Origin: a virus
IMG/VR virus record: IMGVR_UViG_3300025529_000001
Span: 1 to 64,000 of that record
Strand: one strand, 5' to 3'
DNA: 64,000 nt
Part shown: in pieces, positions 9,372-18,543 of the stretch
Layout: each line of letters begins with the position of its first letter
How positions within the stretch are numbered: the first letter of the stretch is position 1
Made by a program: the position numbers and the translations under genes
The notes under the pieces: generated by a model
Seen by the model: the letters and a program-made list of their open reading frames with translations, nothing else
The model's database searches: none
Told to the model about the DNA's origin: nothing

Positions 9372-9956
9372 TTAGTTGTTATATTTATTTTTATATAATT
9401 CTAAAAGGTAGTCAAGAATGATATTTAATATAACCATTAACTCCTTATCATCAATATCAACATTTGAATGTATCTTAAATTCATCTAATATATCAACAGC
9501 GATATAATCTTCTAGCTCTTTGATTGTGCTTAAATGGTTATGATGTGTTATATCTCTCATTTCAACCACTAACATAGTGTAGTCTACTACCTTAATTTTA
9601 AATTCCTCTTCTTTTGTTGGTGGCTTAATGCCTAAATATTCATATATAGCTAACTCAACTTCTCTTTCAATACGTTTATATTCTGGTAATAGATTCTTCA
9701 AATCTGTATTTACATCACCACAATATGCTTCTGTGAAATCGTGTACGAATACCAATAGCTGTTCACGAATGGAATATCCTAACCTTTTAGCCATCATATA
9801 GCACCAAAATGTGTGTTCTCCTACGCTGTAAGGTCTGAATGTATGACCAACAAATCTGTTAATTCTGGTTAATGCAGGTATAATATCTTCTTTGTTGATA
9901 CTATCCTTAGTAATGTTACCATAGTCAAAATAATTTCCTGTGTATGTAACAATCAT
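9372..9956 (-). CDS. HD-domain phosphohydrolase (YfbR-like 5'-deoxynucleotidase)
   Basis: SVGEHTFW (H) and VHDFTEAYCGDV (HD...D) motifs. Confidence 0.6.
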   Translation of the reverse strand: MIVTYTGNYFDYGNITKDSINKEDIIPALTRINRFVGHTFRPYSVGEHTFWCYMMAKRLGYSIREQLLVFVHDFTEAYCGDVNTDLKNLLPEYKRIEREVELAIYEYLGIKPPTKEEEFKIKVVDYTMLVVEMRDITHHNHLSTIKELEDYIAVDILDEFKIHSNVDIDDKELMVILNIILDYLLELYKNKYNN

Positions 9957-9987
9957 ATATCTACTCTCCCTAATACGTTATGCATAT

Positions 9988-10016
9988 ATTATACCATTAT
10001 TTGTGATACATGTCAA
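9988..10016 (-). promoter_or_regulatory. SigA-type promoter
   Basis: Minus strand reads TTGACA-17 nt-TATAAT with TGg, between the terminator at 10018..10048 and the gene starting at 9956. Confidence 0.6.
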
Positions 10017-10017
10017 G

Positions 10018-10048
10018 AAAAATTTAGAGTGGTAAAGTCTACCACTCT
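10018..10048 (-). terminator. Rho-independent terminator after the ClpP-like gene
   Basis: Minus-sense stem AGAGTGGTA/TACCACTCT followed by AAATTTTT. Confidence 0.6.
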
Positions 10049-10057
10049 ATTTTATTA

Positions 10058-10690
10058 CTATTCTTTCTCTAGTTCTTTCTGCACAGTTTGAAACTCTTCA
10101 TCTGTTAAAAGCTGTACTTTCTTTTGAGGTTTCTTAGTTACCTCATCTGCAATACCTAATGTAACAGCTTCCTTACCACTAAAGAAGAAGTTAGTTTTAC
10201 TTTTTCTAATTTCATCCATTTTCTCTCTAGTAATCTTTGTTTCTTTAAATAAGTCATCATACATATATTGTACCAATTCTGATTCTCGAAGCGAATCTTC
10301 GTGGTCTTGAATATATCCCATCTCACCATAAGCAACTGAATGATACATAAATCTTGTATAACGATGGGCAATACGATAATCCCCTTTAACAAAGATTCCT
10401 AAAGCCATAGACGCTACAATTCCTAATCCATATGTAAAAATTGGTGTCTCCGACATTTCCATAGCTCCAATAATGGCAAATCCATCTGTTGCACTACCGC
10501 CATCACTATTAATATAAATTTCAATAGGCTGTGGTTGATATGTGCTAACAACACTCATCTGGTTATCAAATTCATTAATATCCATAATCTGACCAACAAC
10601 CTTCTCTGCAACGTTGCTGTCGATTGGAGATGAGATGATAATTTTTCTGCTTAGATTAAGAATATCTTCATTTTGTTGCATTAACAACAC
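10058..10690 (-). CDS. clpP: ClpP-family serine protease
   Basis: IEIYINSDGGSATDGFAIIGAM...GIVASMALGIF...FMYHS matches the ClpP Ser/His context. Confidence 0.7.
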   Translation of the reverse strand: MLLMQQNEDILNLSRKIIISSPIDSNVAEKVVGQIMDINEFDNQMSVVSTYQPQPIEIYINSDGGSATDGFAIIGAMEMSETPIFTYGLGIVASMALGIFVKGDYRIAHRYTRFMYHSVAYGEMGYIQDHEDSLRESELVQYMYDDLFKETKITREKMDEIRKSKTNFFFSGKEAVTLGIADEVTKKPQKKVQLLTDEEFQTVQKELEKE

Positions 10691-10693
10691 TCC

Positions 10694-11185
10694 TTAGTTA
10701 GTCTTTTTATCATATGTTGCAAACGTAAATGATGGCAGGTTATCTGTTTCTTCAAACTTCTCCTTTTCCTGAATATTCCAATCTCTATGTGAAAACTCTG
10801 GGAAAAACACTCTTGCATCAAAATTAAATTCATGTACATGTGTAATAATTAATTTGTCTGCGTAAGGTATCATCTGATTGAAAATATCGCCACCACCCAC
10901 AACAACTACATCGCTATTATTAGCTAAATCCAAAACTTCGTCAATAGAGTGTATAACACTAACACTATTAGCTTTGAAATTTTCATTTCTAGTTAAAACA
11001 TATTTATCTCTATTTCTTAATAGTTTTTTAGGAAGAGAATCCCATGTTCTCCTTCCCATAACTATCTTCTTGCCTTTCGTCTCATTTTTGAATCTAGCAT
11101 TATGTCTAGGTATGTCAAACAATAGCTTACCATTTTTATCTCCCATACCATCTGCCATATCTATCATAGCAATTAATGTAATCAT
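10694..11185 (-). CDS. Dihydrofolate reductase
   Basis: LIAMID...G..NGKLLFDIP...IVMGRRTWDSLP...VLTR...VVVVGGGDIF, the typical DHFR motif order. Confidence 0.8.
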   Translation of the reverse strand: MITLIAMIDMADGMGDKNGKLLFDIPRHNARFKNETKGKKIVMGRRTWDSLPKKLLRNRDKYVLTRNENFKANSVSVIHSIDEVLDLANNSDVVVVGGGDIFNQMIPYADKLIITHVHEFNFDARVFFPEFSHRDWNIQEKEKFEETDNLPSFTFATYDKKTN

Positions 11186-11188
11186 AAT

Positions 11189-11425
11189 TTAATCCTCTTC
11201 TCTATAATATACTACTTCAAATGGCTCACTTTTACGACCTGCTTCATATGCTCGCTGTAGCATATTTGGAATGTCAAAGCAATCAGAAAAATTTCTATAT
11301 AATGTGTTATCTTCTGGGGTATCCTCTGAATGATGTACGCTAAACTTATATGTATCATCAATAACTATCTCCAAAGCTTCATATGTAAAGTCATCACTAC
11401 GTTCATGTGTAACCACTACTTTCAT
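11189..11425 (-). CDS. Hypothetical protein
   Basis: 78-aa ORF whose stop overlaps the next start region. Confidence 0.45.
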   Translation of the reverse strand: MKVVVTHERSDDFTYEALEIVIDDTYKFSVHHSEDTPEDNTLYRNFSDCFDIPNMLQRAYEAGRKSEPFEVVYYREED

Positions 11426-11430
11426 TGATA

Positions 11431-11724
11431 TTAAACCTCCTTAACTTTATATACAGCGACCTTACGACCTGTATATTCACATTGTCTTTTACTAATAATT
11501 TCAACATAACCTTTTTTAACTAGCTCGTTTAATCTAGGGTGCGTACTATTTCTTTCTGGTGAAGAAGCGTCTCCATTGTTATGCATATGGACAGCTAAAT
11601 TCTTTGCTGTAGTTCCTTCTGGAAATGACCTTAAATAAGTATAAACTAAAGCCTGTCTTTTGTTTAAGTCTTTTAGTACTTCATCATAAGATTCTCTTCG
11701 TGTTTGCTTTGTAATATTAGACAT
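11431..11724 (-). CDS. Winged-helix DNA-binding protein (MarR/ArsR-like fold, tentative)
   Basis: 97 aa. Pattern ...VYTYLRSFPEGTTAKNLAVHM...RLNELVKKGYVEI... resembles a wHTH recognition helix plus wing. Confidence 0.35.
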   Translation of the reverse strand: MSNITKQTRRESYDEVLKDLNKRQALVYTYLRSFPEGTTAKNLAVHMHNNGDASSPERNSTHPRLNELVKKGYVEIISKRQCEYTGRKVAVYKVKEV

Positions 11725-11818
11725 TATACACCACTCCTTATTAATCTATTATATTTCAAACTTCCAAATAAACCTTTTATGAGTTTTTTGTTTACCTTTA
11801 CAGCATCTTAAAATTGCA

Positions 11819-12019
11819 CTAGGATTCCCACATACACTTAAAGACGCTTCCGTTAAATGTGTTCATAAACTTTGATTCAAATTCTGCTACTTTTACTGTG
11901 AAAACCCCTGTATATTCATTACTGTTTTTTGTAGCCAAACACACAGCTTCTTCTGCACTGTCTGCATTAACACTCCAAAAGCCTTTTTTCTCATTGCAGA
12001 ATACATGATATATGCTCAT
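11819..12019 (-). CDS. Hypothetical protein
   Basis: 66-aa ORF. Its start ATG overlaps the TGA of the upstream methyltransferase remnant (ATGA). Confidence 0.45.
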   Translation of the reverse strand: MSIYHVFCNEKKGFWSVNADSAEEAVCLATKNSNEYTGVFTVKVAEFESKFMNTFNGSVFKCMWES

Positions 12020-12162
12020 AACAATACCACTCCTATTCGCTTATTTGTTAATTTTAGATACTCTTCATTAATTTCGAAACCAATCCAGTTTCTATTTAAT
12101 TCTTGACAAGCTACTGCTGTTGTTCCACTAACGATACAATTGTTTAAGATTTGGAATTTATT
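12016..12162 (-). pseudogene. C-terminal remnant of a beta-class DNA methyltransferase
   Basis: Only 48 codons are open: NKFQILNNCIVSGTTAVACQELNRNWIGFEINEEYLKLTNKRIGVVLL. This is motif I (GSGTT) plus the LNRxxIGxE tail, as in the intact MTases at 39521, 41227 and 43743. No N-terminal part is present. Confidence 0.6.
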
Positions 12163-12281
12163 TTAGAATTATATATATGTTCTTTGATTCTTTCGTACAG
12201 CTTCTTTGTCGTTTGACCTATATAAACATTTCTATTGATATTGTTTGTTATTTTATAAATTATCCATAACTCATTCAACAT
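12144..12281 (-). pseudogene. Truncated GIY-YIG homing endonuclease (N-terminal 45 codons only)
   Basis: MLNELWIIYKITNNINRNVYIGQTTKKLYERIKEHIYNSKINSKS then a stop. The GIY...YIG...R..EH core is present but the remainder of the catalytic domain and the DNA-binding domain are missing. Confidence 0.6.
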
Positions 12282-12738
12282 ACTCCCAGTTAACTTTTAA
12301 TACGTGGTCTTTATTAATAATAAATTCATTACCACAACTCATACAGTAAATAGTGTTGTCGTCTACCTTATTAACATCTTTGCTTTTGCATAACGGACAT
12401 TCAGATAAGTTAAATTTACCATCAATTCTAGTAAATTCATTATCTGATGAAGCTCGTTCTTTTAATGTTTGACCAAATTTTTCGCAAGCTTTCTTTACTG
12501 TATTCGCATTGATTTCAAGTTCTAAAGATATTTGTCTACGTGAAATACCATTCATATCACGCTCGGCAATTATCTTTTTAAATTCATCTGTGAAAGTTCG
12601 CTTATATCTGCTACTTTCTTTCAGACCTATGAGTATTTGCTTAACTCGTTTATGTGTGATATTTAGAGACTCGATTATGTATTCGACTTCATTGCCATCT
12701 CTATACATCTCAATTACTTTATCTTCGAGTTTACTCAT
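12271..12738 (-). CDS. DNA-binding protein with two HTH-like segments and a C-terminal zinc ribbon
   Basis: 155 aa. Contains GISRRQISLELEINANTVKKA (HTH-like) and CPLC...CMSC (Zn ribbon). Confidence 0.4.
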   Translation of the reverse strand: MSKLEDKVIEMYRDGNEVEYIIESLNITHKRVKQILIGLKESSRYKRTFTDEFKKIIAERDMNGISRRQISLELEINANTVKKACEKFGQTLKERASSDNEFTRIDGKFNLSECPLCKSKDVNKVDDNTIYCMSCGNEFIINKDHVLKVNWEYVE

Positions 12739-13150
12739 TGTTGTATACCTCCATTATACCATTATTATTTGCTTCTGTCAAGGCTTTATATCTAACAACT
12801 TTGACAGGAATCTCATACTTATTAGCTAAATCAATCATACGTTTAGTTCCACGACTAACGCCATTCCAAAAGCAAACACATGCATCTGCATAAATAGCCA
12901 TTTCTTCATTTCTTATGTAGCCTGCTGACTTACCAAACAAATCCCAATTAGCTTTCATAATCTTTAAATGACAACCTTTCTCTTTGGCAAACCTTTCACC
13001 TAGAGCGTCAGCACCTTTAGCTCCACCGCTAACAATTTCAACTTCATGTGGCTTGTATCTACTAAGAAAATGAATCATTTTACGTTTAAGCAATTCGTAG
13101 TCATTAAAATCTCTACTTCCTACAACGATTACCTTAAACATTATGTTCAC
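12731..13150 (-). CDS. SLOG-fold protein (DUF2493/YspA-like)
   Basis: VIVVGSRDF...EIVSGGAKGADALGERFA...AGYIRNEEM...GVSRGTKRMI pattern typical of DUF2493. Confidence 0.55.
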   Translation of the reverse strand: MNIMFKVIVVGSRDFNDYELLKRKMIHFLSRYKPHEVEIVSGGAKGADALGERFAKEKGCHLKIMKANWDLFGKSAGYIRNEEMAIYADACVCFWNGVSRGTKRMIDLANKYEIPVKVVRYKALTEANNNGIMEVYNNE

Positions 13151-13282
13151 CCCTTGTATATATATTATATCATTATAATTTGTTTTTGCTAATACTTTAT
13201 CTTTCTGTCTATCATATCTTCGATTAGTCTAATCTCTTTTTCTGTAAACTTATTTAAATCTATCATAAGACACTATTTATAG

Positions 13283-13316
13283 GTAAAAATAGGAGAAGGT
13301 TAATATATCCTTCTCC
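13283..13316 (-). terminator. Hairpin plus U-run immediately downstream of the 13321..13349 promoter
   Basis: Minus sense reads GGAGAAGG-9 nt-CCTTCTCC then TATTTTTAC. The stem begins 4 nt after the -10 box. Confidence 0.55.
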
Positions 13317-13320
13317 ATAT

Positions 13321-13349
13321 ATTATATTATTACAAATTGTATTTGTCAA
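13321..13349 (-). promoter_or_regulatory. SigA-type promoter
   Basis: Minus strand reads TTGACA-17 nt-TATAAT. Confidence 0.55.
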
Positions 13350-13355
13350 TAGTTT

Positions 13356-13742
13356 TTAAAAATATTTTTCTGTGTTTCCTTTTAAATCAAAAATAAATAC
13401 TCGTTCCTCTACTTCTTCTGTAATGTCAAAGTTTGCATAGTTTCCACTAGGGATAACACATGGTATTAATATTTCATTGACAAATTGTTTTCCACCTTCT
13501 AGTTTGAGTAAGTTGTTGTCTATATACATATGTGTAGTTTTCATGCCAAGCATTGCTCTATTAAAAGGTACTTTCTCAACTTTTGTAGCATTATTAAACA
13601 ATGTTAAAAATTTGTTAGAGCGTTTAACTTCAAGTCCACTATCCTCTAACTCTGAAATAATCTTATTAAATATTTTTTCAGCACTAGATATACTATCTAG
13701 TCTATTAGGGATATAGACGACAGCTATTTTTTTAACTTTCAT
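13356..13742 (-). CDS. Hypothetical protein
   Basis: Start set at MKVKKIAVVY, where RBS AAGGGTGA lies 8 nt upstream. The longer ORF-track start would overlap the upstream gene by 56 nt. Confidence 0.45.
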   Translation of the reverse strand: MKVKKIAVVYIPNRLDSISSAEKIFNKIISELEDSGLEVKRSNKFLTLFNNATKVEKVPFNRAMLGMKTTHMYIDNNLLKLEGGKQFVNEILIPCVIPSGNYANFDITEEVEERVFIFDLKGNTEKYF

Positions 13743-14148
13743 TTGTTTTATCACCCTTATAATTATAATTTCTAATGAATCCACCACGAATTTTAATATT
13801 TTCTCCTTCTATAAAAGGAATCATTGCTGGGTCTACAGATTCATCAATCATAACTCCATTCGGGAAACGTTTACCCTTAAAATCAATAGTGAAATTTTTT
13901 GCCAATCTCAATACTTCGACAGGGTTTCCATCCCTTTTAATTAAATATGCTTGCTGTTGATTTCCTACGACAATTGGAATATCTTCTTTTATTGCTCTTT
14001 CAATCATCATATAAGTTTTTCCAACACCACGATGACGCTCATCAACCTTGATTAGCTTATCTCTGTTTAGTAAAAATTTAAACCACAACCGTTTGATTGG
14101 TCTGGTAAATCTGTACCAAAAACTGTTGTAGTAATCTAACGATTTCAT
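13732..14148 (-). CDS. Hypothetical protein (possible degenerate P-loop HRGVGKT)
   Basis: 138-aa ORF. Only the weak motif RHRGVGKTYMM is visible. Confidence 0.4.
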   Translation of the reverse strand: MKSLDYYNSFWYRFTRPIKRLWFKFLLNRDKLIKVDERHRGVGKTYMMIERAIKEDIPIVVGNQQQAYLIKRDGNPVEVLRLAKNFTIDFKGKRFPNGVMIDESVDPAMIPFIEGENIKIRGGFIRNYNYKGDKTNES

Positions 14149-14162
14149 CTGTTTACACCCCT

Positions 14163-15467
14163 TTATCCATCGTAATTCACATCATTTATATCTTTATCTT
14201 CACGAATACCTTTAAATACAGGGAATCTTAATGATGGCTGACCTGTCTTTTCGTCTTTGGATTCTTCAAAATATTGTACTTCGATAATTTTTCCAACAAT
14301 TAGGTCTGGGTTTTCTGCAAATTTCTTTCGTTCTTCAATTGAAAATCCACTACCAACGCCAACTAGATTACCTTTATATTCAACATTAACCCTAGCTAAC
14401 AAGTCTTTAAATTGACCGTCAATAGCTTTTTCTAGGCTAACAACTAAAATGTCCGCTGTTTTCATTCTCTTAACTTTTAAAAGGTCTGTAGTACGTTTGT
14501 TCTGGTATAAGCCGCTTGCTGTATTTACCATCAAACCTTCCCAACCTTTTTCTTCTGCATATTTCATTAGTACAGCAATCATATTTTTGTCGTCACCTTT
14601 ATATAAAACAGGTAATACTTTAGTGTACTCGAAATCTTCGCCAAAGAATGAGAATAAGCTTTCTAATTCTTCTCGCCTATGTTCATATTTATTAATGGAT
14701 ATACCGTTTTTAAATTCTTCAACAGATAAAATATCAAAGGCGTAAAATTCTAAATTCTTTTTAACACCATCTTTTCTTACAACTTTTTGCGTCTCTCTAA
14801 ATAATTCATCAGCAGGTAAATTATTATCATTTCTTAGAAGTAATTCTCCATCTAAAACAATTCCATTTCGTAGTTTCATTATTTCTTTTTCTAACTCTTT
14901 CATTCCATCAATCGGTTGACCTTTACGTGTAAAAAATCTAACTTCATCATCATCTTTAATTGCTATACATCTGTTTCCGTCAAGCTTTTGTGTTATGTAA
15001 AACTCACCTGTCAATGAAGATTCTTGTTTAGCATATGATTCTGCTAGCATTACAGAGAAGCTAGGAATCTCGTCTTTTCCATATACTTTATTGATAGTTT
15101 TCTCTGTAATTCCAACCTTCAAACTTTTGGTTACAATTTGTTTAGCAATATCTTTTGCTTCTTTTGTAGAGAGTTTGTTGATGAAGTTTTGTACTACAGC
15201 AATATCATAATCTCTACCACTATTATGTGTTTTTAAATAACGTAAAACTTCTTCAATTTCTTTAAAATCATGCTTACTATCAATCTTAACTTTAACTTTC
15301 TTATTCACTTTTTTAGTAGATAACCCAGTTACAATGAATGGATTATATACGAATTTTAAAACATACCTAAATAATGCGTCACTCTCGTTATCTTTCAGAA
15401 TCTTTTCTTTGCCTGTACGACTTGAATCAGATTTCAAGTCGTTGATAATTTTAATTAAATTATCCAT
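14163..15467 (-). CDS. ATP-dependent DNA ligase
   Basis: Adenylation motif I KLDGNR (ITQKLDGNRCIA), motif IV-like LDGELL, and EGLMVN and LLKVK motifs in ligase order. Confidence 0.8.
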   Translation of the reverse strand: MDNLIKIINDLKSDSSRTGKEKILKDNESDALFRYVLKFVYNPFIVTGLSTKKVNKKVKVKIDSKHDFKEIEEVLRYLKTHNSGRDYDIAVVQNFINKLSTKEAKDIAKQIVTKSLKVGITEKTINKVYGKDEIPSFSVMLAESYAKQESSLTGEFYITQKLDGNRCIAIKDDDEVRFFTRKGQPIDGMKELEKEIMKLRNGIVLDGELLLRNDNNLPADELFRETQKVVRKDGVKKNLEFYAFDILSVEEFKNGISINKYEHRREELESLFSFFGEDFEYTKVLPVLYKGDDKNMIAVLMKYAEEKGWEGLMVNTASGLYQNKRTTDLLKVKRMKTADILVVSLEKAIDGQFKDLLARVNVEYKGNLVGVGSGFSIEERKKFAENPDLIVGKIIEVQYFEESKDEKTGQPSLRFPVFKGIREDKDINDVNYDG

Positions 15468-15485
15468 ACCATCACCTCTGCTATA

Positions 15486-15514
15486 ATTATATCATTATTC
15501 ATTATGTTTGTCAA
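15486..15514 (-). promoter_or_regulatory. SigA-type promoter for the ligase gene
   Basis: Minus strand reads TTGACA-17 nt-TATAAT with TGa. It overlaps the 3' end of the permease gene. Confidence 0.6.
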
Positions 15515-16670
15515 TACATTTTTTATTAAAAATTGCATTTAAAAATATGCCTACTGCGGTTGCTACAGCTACAGATGATACGGTAATACCACCGAAAGAC
15601 ACAGTAAGCATTGATACTGCAATCATAACTGTAATAATAGTGAATGCTTTGGGATTCTTGTTTAGGTCAATAGATTCACCAATTTGTTTAATAGCATTTG
15701 TAATAATCATAGCAAATAGCACCGTAACTGCTCCACCAAATGCTTCAATAGGTATAGCTGAAATAATTGTCATTAGAGGTGATAAGAATGCTAGAATTAT
15801 TAAGAAGATTCCTGTCCAGATTTGTGCAGATGGATTATAGAATCTACTCATCATAACGAATGAAGCATTTTCACCATATGTTGTATATGCGTTACTTCCG
15901 CCTAAACCGCCTATCATACTAGCTAAACCGTTACCTAATGATACACGTCCTAGTCCTACTGTTTTAAATATATTTTTACCAATAATATTTCCTGTATTTT
16001 TTGTATCTCCCATCATCTCAAACATTGCAGGGAAAGCCATCACGCCAATAGTTAGAGCCGATTGCCAGTTGAATTGAGGTGCGATATATTCAATTCCCAC
16101 AGAAGATGGAATTGTTAATCCTGTTGTAAAGAATGCTACTAGAGTTCCTGCTAACACACCGATAGGTACTGCAAACATTCCTAGCTTTTCATTTCCAACC
16201 AATGATACTAAAGATGTGACAATTAATGATGTTAGACCTACTGTAATATTGTTAGTTAATAAGCTTGCACCAATAGGGAGCAGATTTAAACCAATTAAAG
16301 CCACTACTGTTGATAGCAACCAAGTTGGGAATAACGGTAGTATCTTATCTTGCCATTTAAACATAATTAAAGCAAATAAGATATAGAATAACCCTGCTAC
16401 TACAATACCACCATGTGCGAATGCCACACCATACTGTTCAGCCACAAACAGTATAGCACCCATATATACACCAGAAACTCCTAAAGTTACAGGTATTTCA
16501 TTCTTAGTAACAAGGTGAAAAACTAATGTTCCAACTCCTGCAAATAAGAATGCTAGCGGTAAATTAAATCCTAAAGCACCTGTAACAACTACAATTGATG
16601 TAAATGCTACAATCATGTGCATAAAACCCATTAAAATTGTTTTTCCATTAAAAAATCCTTCAAAATTCAT
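15495..16670 (-). CDS. Nucleobase:cation symporter (NCS2, uracil/xanthine permease-like)
   Basis: About 12 predicted hydrophobic helices. YTTYGENASFVMMSRFYNP aligns by eye with the UraA signature TTYGENIGVMAITRVYS. Confidence 0.65.
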   Translation of the reverse strand: MNFEGFFNGKTILMGFMHMIVAFTSIVVVTGALGFNLPLAFLFAGVGTLVFHLVTKNEIPVTLGVSGVYMGAILFVAEQYGVAFAHGGIVVAGLFYILFALIMFKWQDKILPLFPTWLLSTVVALIGLNLLPIGASLLTNNITVGLTSLIVTSLVSLVGNEKLGMFAVPIGVLAGTLVAFFTTGLTIPSSVGIEYIAPQFNWQSALTIGVMAFPAMFEMMGDTKNTGNIIGKNIFKTVGLGRVSLGNGLASMIGGLGGSNAYTTYGENASFVMMSRFYNPSAQIWTGIFLIILAFLSPLMTIISAIPIEAFGGAVTVLFAMIITNAIKQIGESIDLNKNPKAFTIITVMIAVSMLTVSFGGITVSSVAVATAVGIFLNAIFNKKCIDKHNE

Positions 16671-16672
16671 AA

Positions 16673-17128
16673 TTAACCATCAACTTTCTCATAAGTTTTC
16701 TCAAAAATATCTGGCTTACATGGATAAAATTCTCCTTTTATTCCTTTAATTATATAATCTCCAACACTAGCGATATGGTCTCCTTCCAATGTAGGAATAA
16801 TTAAAGATTTACCTACACCCTTTTGTGCCATACCTTTTGTAAATTTAATAATTTCATCAGCATTATATCCTGTATATTGTAAAGCTTCTATAACAACAGG
16901 CTTTTTACGATACTTCATTACACTACCTCCTTCCTCTTCAAATTTGAGCCATCCCATTGTTAAATCATATAACATTCTTTTCCCATATCTACACCCATCC
17001 ATAAAAACAAGTCTGTCACCTCGTTGGAAGGCTCTTAATAAATCTTTTTGCCATGATTGTAGCTCTACTCCATTAATTTGTTCAACAAAATAAATAATAT
17101 CATTCTTTGCTCTTTCAATATCCATCAA
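16673..17128 (-). CDS. Hypothetical protein
   Basis: 151-aa ORF. The C-terminal half (KKPVVIEALQYTG...) resembles a common small phage domain of unknown function. Confidence 0.4.
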   Translation of the reverse strand: MMDIERAKNDIIYFVEQINGVELQSWQKDLLRAFQRGDRLVFMDGCRYGKRMLYDLTMGWLKFEEEGGSVMKYRKKPVVIEALQYTGYNADEIIKFTKGMAQKGVGKSLIIPTLEGDHIASVGDYIIKGIKGEFYPCKPDIFEKTYEKVDG

Positions 17129-17293
17129 TCATCAACTCTTTCAATTACCTTAATGTCTTTAATTTCGATTCCTTGTATATTTACTTCGTCCTCAAAATCA
17201 GCTTCATCTTCGATTTTAAGAAGGTGTTTCTTCTTCACTATCTGCTTCAACCCATTGCTCATAAGTAGCTTCCTCAACGTGTTTATATTATAC

Positions 17294-17320
17294 TAAAAAT
17301 TTAGGAATAATCAATTCCTA
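17294..17320 (-). terminator. Rho-independent terminator
   Basis: Minus-sense stem TAGGAAT/ATTCCTA followed by AAATTTTT. Confidence 0.5.
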
Positions 17321-17328
17321 CTATATAA

Positions 17329-17517
17329 TTATTTATCTTCAACAAGAAGTCTAACACTATCTATACATTGAATCTTATCGGCATTAAAAGCTTTATCTGG
17401 ATTTTCTTTCTGAAATTTATCTTTAAATAATTGTATAGCTTCTGCCATATCTACTGTTTCGGTTGCAAAATTAATTCTTTGTCCGTTTACTGTTATCTGC
17501 CATATATGTATAAACAT
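17329..17517 (-). CDS. Hypothetical protein
   Basis: 62-aa ORF with RBS GCGAGGTGA upstream. Confidence 0.45.
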   Translation of the reverse strand: MFIHIWQITVNGQRINFATETVDMAEAIQLFKDKFQKENPDKAFNADKIQCIDSVRLLVEDK

Positions 17518-17532
17518 ATTATCACCTCGCTA

Positions 17533-18543
17533 TTAGTGTGCTAGAGTATCTGCTTCACGAAGAAACTCTAATTTTTTAAACATTTCTTCGCCAACATAAC
17601 GCTTTAATTTATCCCTATTAGCTCTTTCGTCTAATAGATACATATGGAATTGAATTAGAGTTACAACTTTATGTATAAACTCATCATCAAAATTCATTTT
17701 ATGCAAGAAGTGTACTGCCATTTGAGACCCAACATATTCATGACCAATGAAGTTTGCGTATCGAGTTTCTTCGCCTTTACGGTTTACGAAGCTTTTGCAA
17801 AAATGTTTGCCAATGTCATGGCACAATGCTGTCCAAAGCATAATCTCTTTATCATAATCGTCTTTAGCTTCATAGTTTTCTAATACATACTTATACACAT
17901 AGTATATGTGTCGGCTTACAGAAAAACTGTGATACTTTGAATCTTGTGGCATATCGTAAATTCCGAAAAACTCATCAAAGTATGAAGCTAAAAATTTCAT
18001 TAAATCATACCCTTCTCGACCTAGCAATGCACCTGCTCTAACAGCTTGCGTAAATTGATGTGGGTACTGTTTTCCAGTTACATTGTCGTGATGGAAGAAT
18101 GTAATCTTATCCCAACCTTCACTATAAATTGGAATCTGTAATGTCTTATACATTTTGTCAATTGCGTGTTGTGGTACGACACGTTCTCTTTCTTGATTCT
18201 GTCTTACAATATCTTTATATTCTGTGTCAACATAGCAAGCTACTTTTTCAATATTTTTTGGAAGTTGTTGCAATAATCCTTTACGTTTCTTTCTGCTTAT
18301 ACTTGTAGCGTCATAAATTACATGTTTACCATCTTTTAAAGCTTCTTTGGTTCTTTTTGCCATTTCAACAAATATTTCTGAATTTTTTGTTTGGTCATTA
18401 ACATCCCCCAAAAGCTCTTGACGAAGCTCATCAGAAGATATGTATACAATATCATCCCTATCTTCAATAAGTTCTTTAGCAAATGTACTTTTTCCACTTC
18501 CTGCAATACCACACATTAACAAAAACCTTTGTTCATTACTCAT
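17533..18543 (-). CDS. Polynucleotide kinase (P-loop) fused to HD phosphohydrolase
   Basis: Start set at MSNEQRF (ATGAGTAA overlaps the stop of the upstream ligase gene). Walker A CGIAGSGKST at the N-terminus and an HD motif LCHDIGKH in the C-terminal half. Confidence 0.7.
   Translation of the reverse strand: MSNEQRFLLMCGIAGSGKSTFAKELIEDRDDIVYISSDELRQELLGDVNDQTKNSEIFVEMAKRTKEALKDGKHVIYDATSISRKKRKGLLQQLPKNIEKVACYVDTEYKDIVRQNQERERVVPQHAIDKMYKTLQIPIYSEGWDKITFFHHDNVTGKQYPHQFTQAVRAGALLGREGYDLMKFLASYFDEFFGIYDMPQDSKYHSFSVSRHIYYVYKYVLENYEAKDDYDKEIMLWTALCHDIGKHFCKSFVNRKGEETRYANFIGHEYVGSQMAVHFLHKMNFDDEFIHKVVTLIQFHMYLLDERANRDKLKRYVGEEMFKKLEFLREADTLAH

Noticed and set aside
10156-10392. Same-strand alternative-frame ORFs inside genes: 10156..10392, 21743..21970, 25652..25840, 57604..57801, 61522..61725, 1107..1352, 1721..1948.
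   Set aside because: They overlap recognisable proteins out of frame and lack RBS or motifs, so they are most likely chance ORFs.
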